A stretch of DNA of 64,000 bases from Bacteroidaceae bacterium (GTDB taxonomy: Bacteria; Bacteroidota; Bacteroidia; Bacteroidales; Bacteroidaceae): NCBI GenBank assembly GCA_963643925.1, contig CAVINS010000001.1, positions 27,568 through 91,567 of the forward strand, given 5' to 3'. Within the stretch, counting starts at the first letter, position 1, and each line of letters begins with the position of its first letter. The notes under the pieces were generated by a model. It saw only the letters and a program-made list of their open reading frames with translations, was not told the origin of the DNA and ran no database searches. Made by a program: the position numbers and the translations under genes. Positions 1 to 9,683 of the stretch are shown piece after piece.

Positions 1-20
1 CAAAAGAAATAATCCGCAAT

Positions 21-57
21 GGGCGTACTGTATCGACGACACTCGATTAGTACGCCC
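21..57. terminator. Stem-loop (GGGCGTACT...AGTACGCCC with a nested ATCGA/TCGAT stem). Probably the terminator of a gene left of the window.
   Basis: 9-bp outer stem at 21-29/49-57 and 5-bp inner stem at 32-36/43-47. No clear U-tract. Owning gene not visible. Confidence 0.3.
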
Positions 58-156
58 TTGCTATATTCTGTCGGTCCTTGACCACTCCTCATTTCAGCTA
101 GAAACCCTTGGCCTTGTGAGGCAAAAGGTAATAGTATGACGGGCGAAATGTATAGG

Positions 157-164
157 TAGGTTTG
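157..164 (+). promoter_or_regulatory. Candidate Bacteroidota -7 box TAGGTTTG directly upstream of repeat array A
   Basis: Exact TAnnTTTG match. Array A begins 9 nt downstream. No convincing -33 TTTG. Confidence 0.3.
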
Positions 165-172
165 TTGAAGGC

Positions 173-326
173 CACGTGTCAACCGATTGTTCGTCACGTG
201 TCAACCGATTGTTTGTCACATGTCAACCAATTGTTCGTCACGTGTCAAACGACCTCACGATAGCTGTCCCACAACCTTATGACACATGACGTAAGACCTC
301 ACGACAGCTGTCGTGAACCTATCATA
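173..326. repeat. Array A: 22-bp phased direct repeats (3 x 22 bp followed by 2 x 44 bp), each unit starting CACRTG
   Basis: Units: 173-194 CACGTGTCAACCGATTGTTCGT; 195-216 CACGTGTCAACCGATTGTTTGT; 217-238 CACATGTCAACCAATTGTTCGT. Segments 239-282 and 283-326 are a diverged 44-bp pair sharing GACCTCACGAYAGCTGTC. There is a perfect 16-bp palindrome CACGACAGCTGTCGTG at 300-315. Confidence 0.9.
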
Positions 327-470
327 CCCTAATTGTGGCGGCATCGCTGTAGGGTGATTGCACAAACGAGGTGTATACTGATGGCTCGTGCATAATAGTG
401 GTGGGGATAGTCAACCGGGTGTCTTCATTGCCAAAGATGTAGGTGTGCGGGAGCGGGATATATACAGTAA

Positions 471-498
471 GAGGGCGGACTTTCGCAAGTCCGCCCTC
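471..498 (-). terminator. Intrinsic-terminator-like hairpin downstream of the susC/susD/lipoprotein operon
   Basis: Perfect 12-bp stem GAGGGCGGACTT / AAGTCCGCCCTC with loop TCGC, 54 nt past the stop at 552. Confidence 0.7.
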
Positions 499-551
499 CC
501 GGTCATTCACTTCTTATGTTTGTATTGTAAGAAAGAAATCTTATTTACTCC

Positions 552-2987
552 TTAGAAGGTGATGTCGCCACTCTTCACGGTGTGGTTCTTGCCACCATCC
601 CAAGAGGCACCGGTACGCCAGCGCGGGTCGCCGATTTGTTTCGTGTAGATGGGGTGAGCCGTCACGCGGGGAGTGTTGTTGTAGTAGAAGCCGCTGATGT
701 CTTTGTGACGATAAGCATCTTTATCAAACGTCTCTTTGGCATTTACCGTACCAATAGGCGACGGATCCTGGAAGAGCTCTTCAGCGGTCAACTGATAGCC
801 TACAGCATCGTCCTCATTGCCGTTGTGGTTGTCACCGAACTTAATCTGCGTTTCACCAAAACCACCGATGTTGTTCTTTCCTTTCGGAGTACCATAGCCG
901 ATACCTGTACTGCTGTTTGAGAAGTTCTGATGTGAGAACATACCATCCAACAGGGTGGACTTTTGTTCTGTTGAACTCTTGTAAGACTGGTATGCCGGAA
1001 CCACGGTAGAATAGTTGTCTGCAAAGTCGTATGTCAGATTCTGTGTTTTGACTTCCATACCTTTCATGTAGTAGTCACGACCTCCATCGTTCTTGTTGCC
1101 TACAAACACGAAGAGGTTCTTCTTGCAGGTTACTGTAGATCCGGAAGGGATGTACCTGATTTCGAAGATTCTACCATGACCCTTGTTCTTGGAGCGTGGT
1201 GAGAAATTCACAAACGTATTGTTGGAGACATTGATGTTCCACGTTGTACCTTTAGGCCAAGACAGGTTATTGTTCTCCGAAACCAAAGCATGACGTGGAG
1301 AGTCAATGATGGTATTGTTGGTGAAGGTCAAGTTCTTGAAGAAGTTGGACTTGCGGTTGCCACCAGGGCCGGCGAACCATGCATAGCCACGTCCGTCGGT
1401 ATCATAACCTCCTTCATCGTAGAATACGCAGTTGTCAACCGTCAGCTTCTCAATAATCTGTCGGTTCGGACCTTGGAAGCGGATAAATCCACGCACGTGT
1501 CCGCAGAAGGTACAGTTGGACACACGCAGTTCAGACAAGATAAAAGACAGACCTTGTGAGTTCATGTTCATGAAATAGTTGCCGGTACCTTTAGCTTTCT
1601 GGTCGAAGTAGTTAAACCATGTCATCGGGTGGAAGTTGATGTTCTCGAATATGATGGACTGGATGGCCAAGGTCACGCCATTCTCTGTACCGGACTGTGC
1701 TCTACGACATAGATTCCAGTTTTGACCATTGGCGGCTGTGTGAGCTTCGTCGTTCCAACCGATGCCCTGCAACACGGTAGCGCGTCCCTTGCCGGCAGCG
1801 ATATCCTCCGGGTTGGTAGCCAAGGTGAAGCCCTTGGTCAGATCGACCGATGTGGAGAGGTAATAGGTCTTGCCACCTTCGAGGTAGAATATCTGTCCCT
1901 CGGCCAATGTATTGTCCGACATATAGTTGGTCAGCACTGTGTCGATGCGTGTAGCTATCAAGTCCTTCACGCCATACATTTTATATTGGTCGCCATTCTG
2001 CAACAGGGTATCCAACAGCACGGATTCCGCCGTAGCTGCCGGGAGGTAGATAGGCTCGCCCGGGTCGCCCTGCATACGCACCATATTGGAGTTGTACTGG
2101 CGGTCGTAGTAGCGGGTCACGTTGTTGTTCTGTCCACTCACGATGTAGGCAGCGTTGGACACCAGGTTGTCGAAGTGTACACGTCCCGCAGCCTTGTCCG
2201 CATCGGTGAGTTTGTACACGTGCTCTTCCAACTGCGCGTTGTCGGCAGATGGGACGACACGGATTTCGTCGAACACCCATTGTCCGTTCTCTACTTCGGC
2301 TCCTGCGTCCAGGAATTGTTTGTAAGTCTTCTCCCAATCATCTTCCGTTTCGGGGAGGAAGCATACGTCCATGGAGGTCTTCGTCACATTCTCCACCCAA
2401 AAGAGGGAGGGTACGTCGTAACGCATACCGGTGGTCAAGGCACCTGTCTGGTTACGGCTGTCGTCACGTGACTGATCTTGTTGGTGTGAGCCGTCGCCAT
2501 ATCCGTACCACTTGGAGTTGCGTGGATTGTTGAGGTCGTTGCGGTCCACCAATGCACGTATGGCATAGAGGTATCCTGTGCCGTACTGCAAGTCCTCGTG
2601 GAGGAACGACAGTTGGTCGGCTGTCAGAATGGTGTCGAGCAGGTTGGGGTTTTCGGCCTTGTCCCAAGAGGTACCCTGTACCTTGGCTTTCAGTTCGTAC
2701 GCGTCCGCACCTTCCACACCATACCAGAAGAGTCGCATGTCGTTGACGTGCGTACTGGTCTTGTACCCGTGCTGCACGAGGTAGGTCTCAATTTGCGGAT
2801 CTACGCGCGATGCGATGTCGCAGTGGTAGTCTGTCGTTGTCGAGTTCATGTTTTGAGTAAGACGGAACATCGGCATGAACAGACGGTCGGCATCCGATCC
2901 GCTAAAGTCTTCGTTGTCGTCCTTACACCCGGTAAAGATGGCAGTCGAAGCGGCTATGAGCATTGAATATAAAAATATCTTTTTCAT
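552..2987 (-). CDS. PUL-encoded surface lipoprotein with parallel beta-helix (pectin-lyase-fold, DUF4957/DUF5123-like) repeats. Candidate surface glycan-binding protein.
   Basis: ORF 552..3014. The second ATG (2987) gives the lipoprotein signal MKKIFLYSMLIAASTAIFTGC. It lies directly downstream of the SusD-like gene. Repeated PbH1-like segments are present (NCTFCGHVRGFIRFQG, LTVDNCVFYD, LTFTNNTIIDS, NVSNNTFVNFS). The family name is from memory. Confidence 0.8.
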   Translation of the reverse strand: MKKIFLYSMLIAASTAIFTGCKDDNEDFSGSDADRLFMPMFRLTQNMNSTTTDYHCDIASRVDPQIETYLVQHGYKTSTHVNDMRLFWYGVEGADAYELKAKVQGTSWDKAENPNLLDTILTADQLSFLHEDLQYGTGYLYAIRALVDRNDLNNPRNSKWYGYGDGSHQQDQSRDDSRNQTGALTTGMRYDVPSLFWVENVTKTSMDVCFLPETEDDWEKTYKQFLDAGAEVENGQWVFDEIRVVPSADNAQLEEHVYKLTDADKAAGRVHFDNLVSNAAYIVSGQNNNVTRYYDRQYNSNMVRMQGDPGEPIYLPAATAESVLLDTLLQNGDQYKMYGVKDLIATRIDTVLTNYMSDNTLAEGQIFYLEGGKTYYLSTSVDLTKGFTLATNPEDIAAGKGRATVLQGIGWNDEAHTAANGQNWNLCRRAQSGTENGVTLAIQSIIFENINFHPMTWFNYFDQKAKGTGNYFMNMNSQGLSFILSELRVSNCTFCGHVRGFIRFQGPNRQIIEKLTVDNCVFYDEGGYDTDGRGYAWFAGPGGNRKSNFFKNLTFTNNTIIDSPRHALVSENNNLSWPKGTTWNINVSNNTFVNFSPRSKNKGHGRIFEIRYIPSGSTVTCKKNLFVFVGNKNDGGRDYYMKGMEVKTQNLTYDFADNYSTVVPAYQSYKSSTEQKSTLLDGMFSHQNFSNSSTGIGYGTPKGKNNIGGFGETQIKFGDNHNGNEDDAVGYQLTAEELFQDPSPIGTVNAKETFDKDAYRHKDISGFYYNNTPRVTAHPIYTKQIGDPRWRTGASWDGGKNHTVKSGDITF

Positions 2988-3003
2988 AAATGTTCTGTTG
3001 AGA

Positions 3004-5082
3004 TTAATAACCATAATAGTTCTTGTACTGTCCTACGCTTCGGCTGACTACATCGCGTGGAATTGGCAGGATGTAGCGCACTGGTGGCAGGTTGTCCAAT
3101 ACGTCCTCCGAATCGTAATCGGGCATTGTGGATGGGAGTAATGTTCCGCCATCGTCGATGTACATGTAGCCACGTATAGAGTAGCGTATAGCTGCTTTGG
3201 CAATACCGGTTTCGTCTTCCAACCAACTGAATAAATCGACCATTGTCCATACATCCTTGTCTGTGCCTGAGGTCTTTATATTATCCTGCCATTCAACATG
3301 TGATCCCCAGTTTTCCCACAGGGTGTTAAGATCTGGTGTGACATCGTCATCACCGTCATTATAATGTCGATAGAACTCAATGACACCTAAGCTGGAGTCT
3401 GTGTTGGGGAAGTCAAATACTTCAGGATAGTTTGTTTCGGTGTACCTGTTCGGATTTCCATTAACCAACTCGTTCCATTCCGAACGCGTATGGATACGGT
3501 AGTATATCTTTTTGGGATATTCGGTCATCTCTCTATCCGAATGGAAGTATGAATCGTCGTCGGAACCCATGGCATAGTAAAGCCAGAAGTTCTTGTAGAT
3601 TACTTTGTTGTAGATGTTCCAGCGAACCAGGTCTTTCCAACGGATACCTTCGCCGCCGAACTCCCAGGCACGCTCGTCCACAATGGCATCGAAGAAAGCC
3701 TCTTTGGTGGTGAGATTATCCACATAGGTCTCCACCATCTCCGGCTTGTTGGTAGCGTTGCGGAACGCACGCTCACGCACCTGCTTGAGCGCAGCTTTAG
3801 CTTCTGCCGTCGGTCCGTTGTTGATCTCGTTCTCAGCCTCGGCATACATCAGCAACACATCGGCATAACGCATGTAGGGGAAGTTGATGCCGGTGTTTCC
3901 CTGTGAGGTGTTGCCCATGGTGTGCGACTTGTCCCACAACTTGGACCACTTCAGGCAGTAGTTGGTGTAGCTGTTCAGCAAGCTCGGGGTGCCGTTGTTG
4001 CTGTATGACCAGTAGCCTGCCACATTGCGGCGCACATCTTGAGAGTCGAAACTGTAGCGATAGAAGGCGTTAAGGCCTACCGAGCCACTGCATCGTCCCC
4101 ACGGATGGTCGGTGTCGCCAGCACTGGAGAGGTCGGCCTTCGGTCCATGTATATAGCCGATGTTACCATTCACGTTGCGCACGAACGGGATCTCGAAGAT
4201 GACATCGTCATCGTTCACTACGGTGTAGTTACACTCGTTGATGAACACGTCGAAATAGCTATTGGTCAGCTTGTGGGTGGCGGCATCGATCACCTTCTTG
4301 CAATATTCGCTGGCAATCTTGTAGTAGTCGGCATAGTCAGCCGAGCGTTCCATGGTACCTACGGCCGTGGCATCCTCGCCGTGGCGCAGAGAGTAGCCTG
4401 CACGGAACATGGCGATGCGGGCGATGAGGGCCCATGCGAACTCTTGTGTACAACGCTCCACGCCTTCGGTCACTTCCTTAGCCTGACGCATTTTCGGTGC
4501 AGCCTCTTTCAGGTCGTTGATGAGGTCGGTGAGGATTTGGTCGCGGTCGCCCATCGGCATGACGAGGGACTCCTGGTCGTACGTACGGGTGAACGAGAAG
4601 GGAATGTCGCCCCACAGGATGACCATATCCAGGTAGTTCATGGCCCGGATACACTTGGCCTCACCAATCATTTGGTCGAGGTCGTCATCGCCATAGAGAG
4701 CGGATTTCTCAGCCGCGTTGATAAAGTTGTTGGCACGCTCTACAGTAGCGTAGGCTGCGTCCCAGATGCTCTTGGCATTGCTTCCGTCGGCCTCGCCGTC
4801 GAAGAGTTTCCATTCGTTGTGCGAAGCACTCTGTTCGCTGGCGGATGAGGTGGACCACTCCACGTCGCTGTTGAAGTTTACGGTGGTGAGGTAGGCGTTT
4901 CCGTAGGTGTTGCTGGAACAGGTGGCCTGGTATACGGAGTTGAGCAGACGGTCAGCCTCTTCGAGACTGCTGAATACTTGCTCGTCCGTCACCTTGGAAG
5001 GCGCTTCCACATCGAGGTAGTCGTTGCAGGCACTGAGTGCTACCAGCGACATACCGCAAATGAGTATATGTTTTATTTTCAT
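3004..5082 (-). CDS. SusD/RagB-family nutrient-binding outer-membrane lipoprotein
   Basis: Lipoprotein signal MKIKHILICGMSLVALSAC followed by NDYLDVEAPSK. 692 aa. Immediately downstream of the SusC-like gene. Confidence 0.95.
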   Translation of the reverse strand: MKIKHILICGMSLVALSACNDYLDVEAPSKVTDEQVFSSLEEADRLLNSVYQATCSSNTYGNAYLTTVNFNSDVEWSTSSASEQSASHNEWKLFDGEADGSNAKSIWDAAYATVERANNFINAAEKSALYGDDDLDQMIGEAKCIRAMNYLDMVILWGDIPFSFTRTYDQESLVMPMGDRDQILTDLINDLKEAAPKMRQAKEVTEGVERCTQEFAWALIARIAMFRAGYSLRHGEDATAVGTMERSADYADYYKIASEYCKKVIDAATHKLTNSYFDVFINECNYTVVNDDDVIFEIPFVRNVNGNIGYIHGPKADLSSAGDTDHPWGRCSGSVGLNAFYRYSFDSQDVRRNVAGYWSYSNNGTPSLLNSYTNYCLKWSKLWDKSHTMGNTSQGNTGINFPYMRYADVLLMYAEAENEINNGPTAEAKAALKQVRERAFRNATNKPEMVETYVDNLTTKEAFFDAIVDERAWEFGGEGIRWKDLVRWNIYNKVIYKNFWLYYAMGSDDDSYFHSDREMTEYPKKIYYRIHTRSEWNELVNGNPNRYTETNYPEVFDFPNTDSSLGVIEFYRHYNDGDDDVTPDLNTLWENWGSHVEWQDNIKTSGTDKDVWTMVDLFSWLEDETGIAKAAIRYSIRGYMYIDDGGTLLPSTMPDYDSEDVLDNLPPVRYILPIPRDVVSRSVGQYKNYYGY

Positions 5083-5116
5083 ATCGTATTTTCTCCTTTA
5101 TTGATTAACAGAAAGT

Positions 5117-8100
5117 TTAGAACGAAAGGTTCATACCGAACAGGTAACTGTGTGTACGCGGGTAGCGATTATAGTCCACGTTCGGGGTCAGACCGTTCTG
5201 GATGTCCACCTCGGGGTCGAAGCCCGAGTAGTTGGTGAGACAGAAGAGGTTCGAACCGGTGAAGTAGAGACGCAGGCGAGAAATGCCCCAACGCTTGGTG
5301 AGGTCGCTTGGCAGGGTGTAACCGATGGTCACGTCGGTCAAGCGGACAAACGAACCGTCCTCCACGAAGTTGGACAGTGTGTACTTGGTGGTCACGTTCT
5401 GCGGGTTCCACAGGGTCTTGCCGGCATTGATGCGCTCGTACTCGTCGAGGTAGTCGGTGTGCTGCGAGTTGGCGAGCAACGGCTCGTTGAGGTTATAGAT
5501 CTCGCGGGTACCGTCGGCATAGGTGTTGTAGATGTCGCCATAGTAAACCCAACGGTTCTCGTAGTCGAACTTGCTCAGTACGTTACGTGGGTCTGTACGG
5601 CTGGAACCTACTGCGGACGAGAGGTTGTAGGCCGTAGCGTTGATCAGGTCGAAGTTGAGCATGTAGGTGAAGTTGGCCGTGAAGTCGAAGTTCTTGTACT
5701 TGCCCGAGATGCCGAAGCCACCTTGTAGTTTCGGGTTGGTGTTACCTACCACGGTACGGTCGTTGATGTCAATCTTGCCGTCACCGTTGAGGTCTTTCAG
5801 TTTGATGCGGCCCGGAGCAGTTCCGTAGAGTCCTTCCACGGTCGGTTTCTCCTGTACGCCTGGGTTCTCTGCCAGATAGTCTGCATCGTTGATGGCGTAG
5901 TTGTAGCCTTCGCGGTGGAACTCGTCGAAGCCATAGATGCCGTCGTAGATGTAACCATAGATGAGTCCTACTTCTTTGCCCTCTACCAGGCGGAAGTTGT
6001 CCTCAGAGTCCCACGACTTGGCGGGGATGTACGCATCCGTACCGTTAATCTTCTCCACCTTAGTCTTGTTCATACCCATGTTGAAGTTGGCAGACAACAC
6101 ATAGTCCTTGCCACGGAGGATGTCACCATTGACGGTCAGCTCGATACCGCGGTTGCGCACCTGGCCTACGTTCTGCCACTGATAGGTGTAACCTGTGGTG
6201 GTAGGAATCTGGCATCGGTAGAGCAAGTCGCGTGTGGTGTTCCAGTAGACCTCGGGAGTGATGGTCAGGCGTCCGTTGAACAGCGAGATGTCGGCTGCCA
6301 AGTTGCGGGTGACGGTGGTCTCCCATTTGATTTTCTCGTTCGGGAAGAGGTTGTCGGCAGCGTAGTACTTGTCGCCGTTCTGTGTAGTGGAGTTCTCGCC
6401 CCAGCTCGGTCCGCCATCGGCGTTGATGGAGTACTGGTAGCGCCAGCGGTCGTCACCGATGTTGTTGTTACCGGAGAGACCGTAAGCTACACGGAGCTTC
6501 AGGTTGTCGATTACGTCCTTGTTCCACCAGTCCTCCTCGGAGAGCACCCATGCACCTGATACTGAGGGGAAGTAGCCCCACTGGTAGCCAGGAGCGAAGC
6601 GTGTGGAACCGTCGGCACGCATTGTGAACGACAACAGGTATTTGTGTTTGTAGTTATAATTGGCCTGTCCGAAGAAGGAGGCTGTGCGGTTAGGAGTGGT
6701 CACACTGGAGGTCGACGCGTAAGCTGTACCCAAGCCCATGTTGTTGAACGCGTATCGGGGAGAGGTTTCCTGCGGGAAGTAGCGCGAAGCCTGGTAGTTA
6801 GTAGTCGTCTGTGTGTGGTAGATTTCCTGACCCAACAGGAAGGCGAAGTTGTGCTTCTCCTTGAGGCTGAACGCATAGTTCAACGTGTTGGTCCATGTGT
6901 AGCGGAACGAGCGGGAGTTGGTAATCTGTGCCACCGGCATGTTCTCGTTGGCGGCTGCCGTGTCGGTGAGGTAGCCATAGAAGCGGTTCTTGTCGGAGAA
7001 CGACCAGAACTGTGCGATGTCCGAGCGGAAGCTCAATCCCTTGATAATCTCCCATGTCAGGCTGGCCTGGTTGGTGAAGCTGTAGGAGTGGGTCAGCTGG
7101 TAGTTTTGGTCGATGTCGTCCAGTGGGCTCTTCACCATCCAGTAACGCTCTACGGAGAAGTCCTGCCACTCTTCGTCGTAGTTGGTCGCCTCGCGCAGGC
7201 CGTTTGTCGGGCGATAGTTGAGCACGCCAATCAAGCCTTCTGTACCGATGCCTGAAGCACCCGTACCGAGGTCGCGACGGTAGGTAAAACGCGGGTTAAT
7301 CAACAGCTTCACGTTCTTGGCCAGCTGCACGTCGATCTTCGTGTTCATGTTGGTACGGCGTACGCCAGAGCCGGCTATGATACCGTCCTGGTTGTGCTGG
7401 GTCAGCGAGGTGTTGAAGCGCAACTTCTCGTTACCGCCGTTTACCGTCACGTTGTACATTTGCGTCAAGGCACCATCGCCCATCAGCTCGTCCTGCCAGT
7501 CGTGGGTAGGCATGCTTTTGTACACGTCCACGTCGTTGGGGTTACCGAAATCGCGGCGGAACATGTAGGTGTTGCTGTTGCTGCCGATGCAGGCGTCCAA
7601 CTGGTATCTTACGAACTCGTAGGAGTTGAGCATGTCCTGCTTGCCTGCCAACCACGAGAGCTGTGCGTAAGCGTTGAAGTCCACCTTCACCTTGCCTTGC
7701 TGAGCCGATTTGGTGGTGACGATGACTACGCCGTTACCGCCTCGCGCACCATAGACAGCGGTCAAGGAAGCGTCCTTCAATACGTCGATGCTCTGGATAT
7801 CCGTCGGCGGGATATCGTTGATGTTGTCTGCCTGGAAACCGTCGACAATGAACAACGGCTTGGAATCCTGAGAGCTGGAGATGGCCGAACCGCCACGGAT
7901 GCGGATGTTTATGTCGGCACCCGGCGCACCATCGACAGTGGTTACCTGCACGCCGGCAATCTTACCTTGCAGGGCCTCTGCGGCAGATGCCACAGGCACG
8001 ATGGCCAGTTTCTGTCCGGACACAGATCCCACGGAACCGGTCAAGTCCTTACGGGCACGGCTCGTGTAACCTACAACGACAACCTCTTCGAGAGCTTGGC

Positions 8101-8407
8101 TGTCGTCTTCCAATACAACATCCACTTGGGGAGCTGCTTTCACTTCTTGCGTTCTCATACCCATGTATGAGACAACCAACGTACGGCCCTTTGCCGTCTT
8201 CAGGGTGAAGTTACCGTCGAAGTCGGTGATGGTACCGTTCTTCGAGTTTCCTTTCTCAACTATGGAGGCTCCGATGATCGGCTCTCCACTGGAATCTTTC
8301 ACATTCCCTTTCACGGTGAGACTTTGTGAATAGACTTCTGGGGGTATACATACCAGAAAAGCCATTAGCCACAGAGCCCACTTCATTTTTCTTTTCAAGT
8401 CCTTCAT
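5117..8407 (-). CDS. SusC/RagA-family TonB-dependent outer-membrane transporter
   Basis: Carboxypeptidase-regulatory-like N-terminal domain (LTVKGNVKDSSGEPIIGASIVEKG...TDFDGNFTL), plug, and a barrel ending YLFGMNLSF. The ORF-track start at 8449 is GTG. In-frame ATGs at 8407 (MKDLKRK) or 8386 (MKWALW) are more likely starts. Confidence 0.95.
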   Translation of the reverse strand: MKDLKRKMKWALWLMAFLVCIPPEVYSQSLTVKGNVKDSSGEPIIGASIVEKGNSKNGTITDFDGNFTLKTAKGRTLVVSYMGMRTQEVKAAPQVDVVLEDDSQALEEVVVVGYTSRARKDLTGSVGSVSGQKLAIVPVASAAEALQGKIAGVQVTTVDGAPGADINIRIRGGSAISSSQDSKPLFIVDGFQADNINDIPPTDIQSIDVLKDASLTAVYGARGGNGVVIVTTKSAQQGKVKVDFNAYAQLSWLAGKQDMLNSYEFVRYQLDACIGSNSNTYMFRRDFGNPNDVDVYKSMPTHDWQDELMGDGALTQMYNVTVNGGNEKLRFNTSLTQHNQDGIIAGSGVRRTNMNTKIDVQLAKNVKLLINPRFTYRRDLGTGASGIGTEGLIGVLNYRPTNGLREATNYDEEWQDFSVERYWMVKSPLDDIDQNYQLTHSYSFTNQASLTWEIIKGLSFRSDIAQFWSFSDKNRFYGYLTDTAAANENMPVAQITNSRSFRYTWTNTLNYAFSLKEKHNFAFLLGQEIYHTQTTTNYQASRYFPQETSPRYAFNNMGLGTAYASTSSVTTPNRTASFFGQANYNYKHKYLLSFTMRADGSTRFAPGYQWGYFPSVSGAWVLSEEDWWNKDVIDNLKLRVAYGLSGNNNIGDDRWRYQYSINADGGPSWGENSTTQNGDKYYAADNLFPNEKIKWETTVTRNLAADISLFNGRLTITPEVYWNTTRDLLYRCQIPTTTGYTYQWQNVGQVRNRGIELTVNGDILRGKDYVLSANFNMGMNKTKVEKINGTDAYIPAKSWDSEDNFRLVEGKEVGLIYGYIYDGIYGFDEFHREGYNYAINDADYLAENPGVQEKPTVEGLYGTAPGRIKLKDLNGDGKIDINDRTVVGNTNPKLQGGFGISGKYKNFDFTANFTYMLNFDLINATAYNLSSAVGSSRTDPRNVLSKFDYENRWVYYGDIYNTYADGTREIYNLNEPLLANSQHTDYLDEYERINAGKTLWNPQNVTTKYTLSNFVEDGSFVRLTDVTIGYTLPSDLTKRWGISRLRLYFTGSNLFCLTNYSGFDPEVDIQNGLTPNVDYNRYPRTHSYLFGMNLSF

Positions 8408-8538
8408 TATTGCTATTACTTGGTTAACAAAAATGTGGGTGGTGCCCACGATTAATAATCACTCTATTTTTACTGTTGACAATTAAATCAAATGAGAAAT
8501 AATGATGCGCTGATTATGCCTGTCATAGTAACTATGGG

Positions 8539-8546
8539 CAAAAGTA
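8539..8546 (-). promoter_or_regulatory. -7 box TACTTTTG (minus strand) for the susC/susD/lipoprotein operon
   Basis: Plus strand reads CAAAAGTA, which is TAnnTTTG on the minus strand, about 130 nt upstream of the ATG at 8407. The -33 element is not clear. Confidence 0.45.
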
Positions 8547-8660
8547 GACGAAAGGAATGAACAAACCTAACAAAAATGCAAAAAAGTTTAATGAAATGTG
8601 TGCTTTTTAAATTGAGCATCTAAGGAACCGTTCCGACTTTTCGTACGTAAAGAGCAGTGG

Positions 8661-9491
8661 TTAGTCGGTGAAATCGCCTGTTTTGTCAGATGCTGAGCTG
8701 CGAGGACTTCTTGTAGCACGCACAATGATGATGCTTACCTCGTAGAGCAGATACATGGGTAAAGAAACCAACGTTAACGTGAAGACATCGGAGGTGGGGG
8801 TGATGATGGCGGCGATGATGAGGATGACGACAATGGCGTGCCGACGGTAATGCCGCATGAAGTCGGCGGTGATGAATCCCAGTTTGGCGAAAAGCCAACA
8901 GAGCATGGGCATCTCGAAGACGATTCCCAGCGAGAGGCTCAGCAGAGTGAAGGTGGAGATGTAGGACTCCAGCGTGATGAGGTTGCCCACGGCAGCGCTC
9001 ACCTGATAGGTGCCCAGGAAACGGAAGGTGAAGGGGAAGATGAGGAAATAGCTCACCAGCACACCGGCGAGGAAAAGCAGATAACCGAAGCCCGCCACGC
9101 GTACTGCATAGCGGCGCTCGTCGGCATAGAGCGCTGGTGACACGAAGCGGAATAGTTGGTAGAGGATGTAGGGCGAGGCGCAGAGGATGCCTGCATAGAT
9201 GGCGACCTTCATGTGGGTGAGGAACTGTCCCGCCAAGGCGGTGTTGATGAGCTCCACATGAAACGCCTCCGTACCCTCCTGCTGCATGAGGGGCGCTATG
9301 AGGTTGAACAGCCGGTAGGTGACGAAGTCGGCATCCTTGGGCGCCAGTATCACCTGGAAGAGGAGGTCCTTGCAACAGAACAACACGACACTGCACACGA
9401 CCACTATTACCGCAATGCGGATAATGGTCGTGCGCAGTGCATCCAGATGCTCCCAGAAGGTGAGTGGCGTCGGTTCCGTCTCCTTACTCAT
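8661..9491 (-). CDS. tatC: Twin-arginine translocase subunit TatC
   Basis: 276 aa polytopic protein. N-terminus [17 protein letters not shown] is typical of TatC. It overlaps the tatA stop by 8 nt. Confidence 0.95.
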   Translation of the reverse strand: MSKETEPTPLTFWEHLDALRTTIIRIAVIVVVCSVVLFCCKDLLFQVILAPKDADFVTYRLFNLIAPLMQQEGTEAFHVELINTALAGQFLTHMKVAIYAGILCASPYILYQLFRFVSPALYADERRYAVRVAGFGYLLFLAGVLVSYFLIFPFTFRFLGTYQVSAAVGNLITLESYISTFTLLSLSLGIVFEMPMLCWLFAKLGFITADFMRHYRRHAIVVILIIAAIITPTSDVFTLTLVSLPMYLLYEVSIIIVRATRSPRSSASDKTGDFTD

Positions 9492-9681
9492 CCTTCTTTG
9501 CGTCGGTGTCGTCTTTCTTGTCGTTGTCCGTCTTCTCGGGCTCGGGGTTGTTCATGCCATCCTTGAAGGCACGCACGCCCTTGCCAAGGCCCTTCATCAG
9601 TTCGGGTATCTTCTTGCCTCCGAAGAACAGCAGGATGACCAACAGAATGACGATAATCTCTTGTGTACCGATTCCAAACAT
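9484..9681 (-). CDS. tatA: Twin-arginine translocase subunit TatA/E
   Basis: 65 aa. [42 protein letters not shown] gives a single TM helix plus an amphipathic helix, followed by an acidic tail. Confidence 0.93.
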   Translation of the reverse strand: MFGIGTQEIIVILLVILLFFGGKKIPELMKGLGKGVRAFKDGMNNPEPEKTDNDKKDDTDAKKDE

Positions 9682-9683
9682 AG

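Noticed and set aside
1-20. CAAAAGAAATAATCCGCAAT resembles the left arm of the 60170-60217 hairpin (AACAAAAGAATCCGCAA)
   Set aside because: No complementary right arm follows it in the window, and the shared core is only about 9-10 nt. It could be chance or an element truncated by the window edge.
173-326. Possibility that the 21-22-bp arrays (also 22898-22963, 31733-31838 and 60261-60344) are CRISPR arrays
   Set aside because: The units are directly abutting with no unique spacers. There are only 3-5 units per array, the sequences differ between arrays, and no cas genes are present in the window.
322-510. 62-aa minus-strand ORF near the window start
   Set aside because: It spans the terminator hairpin 471-498 and non-coding repeat-flanking DNA, with no start context or recognisable features.
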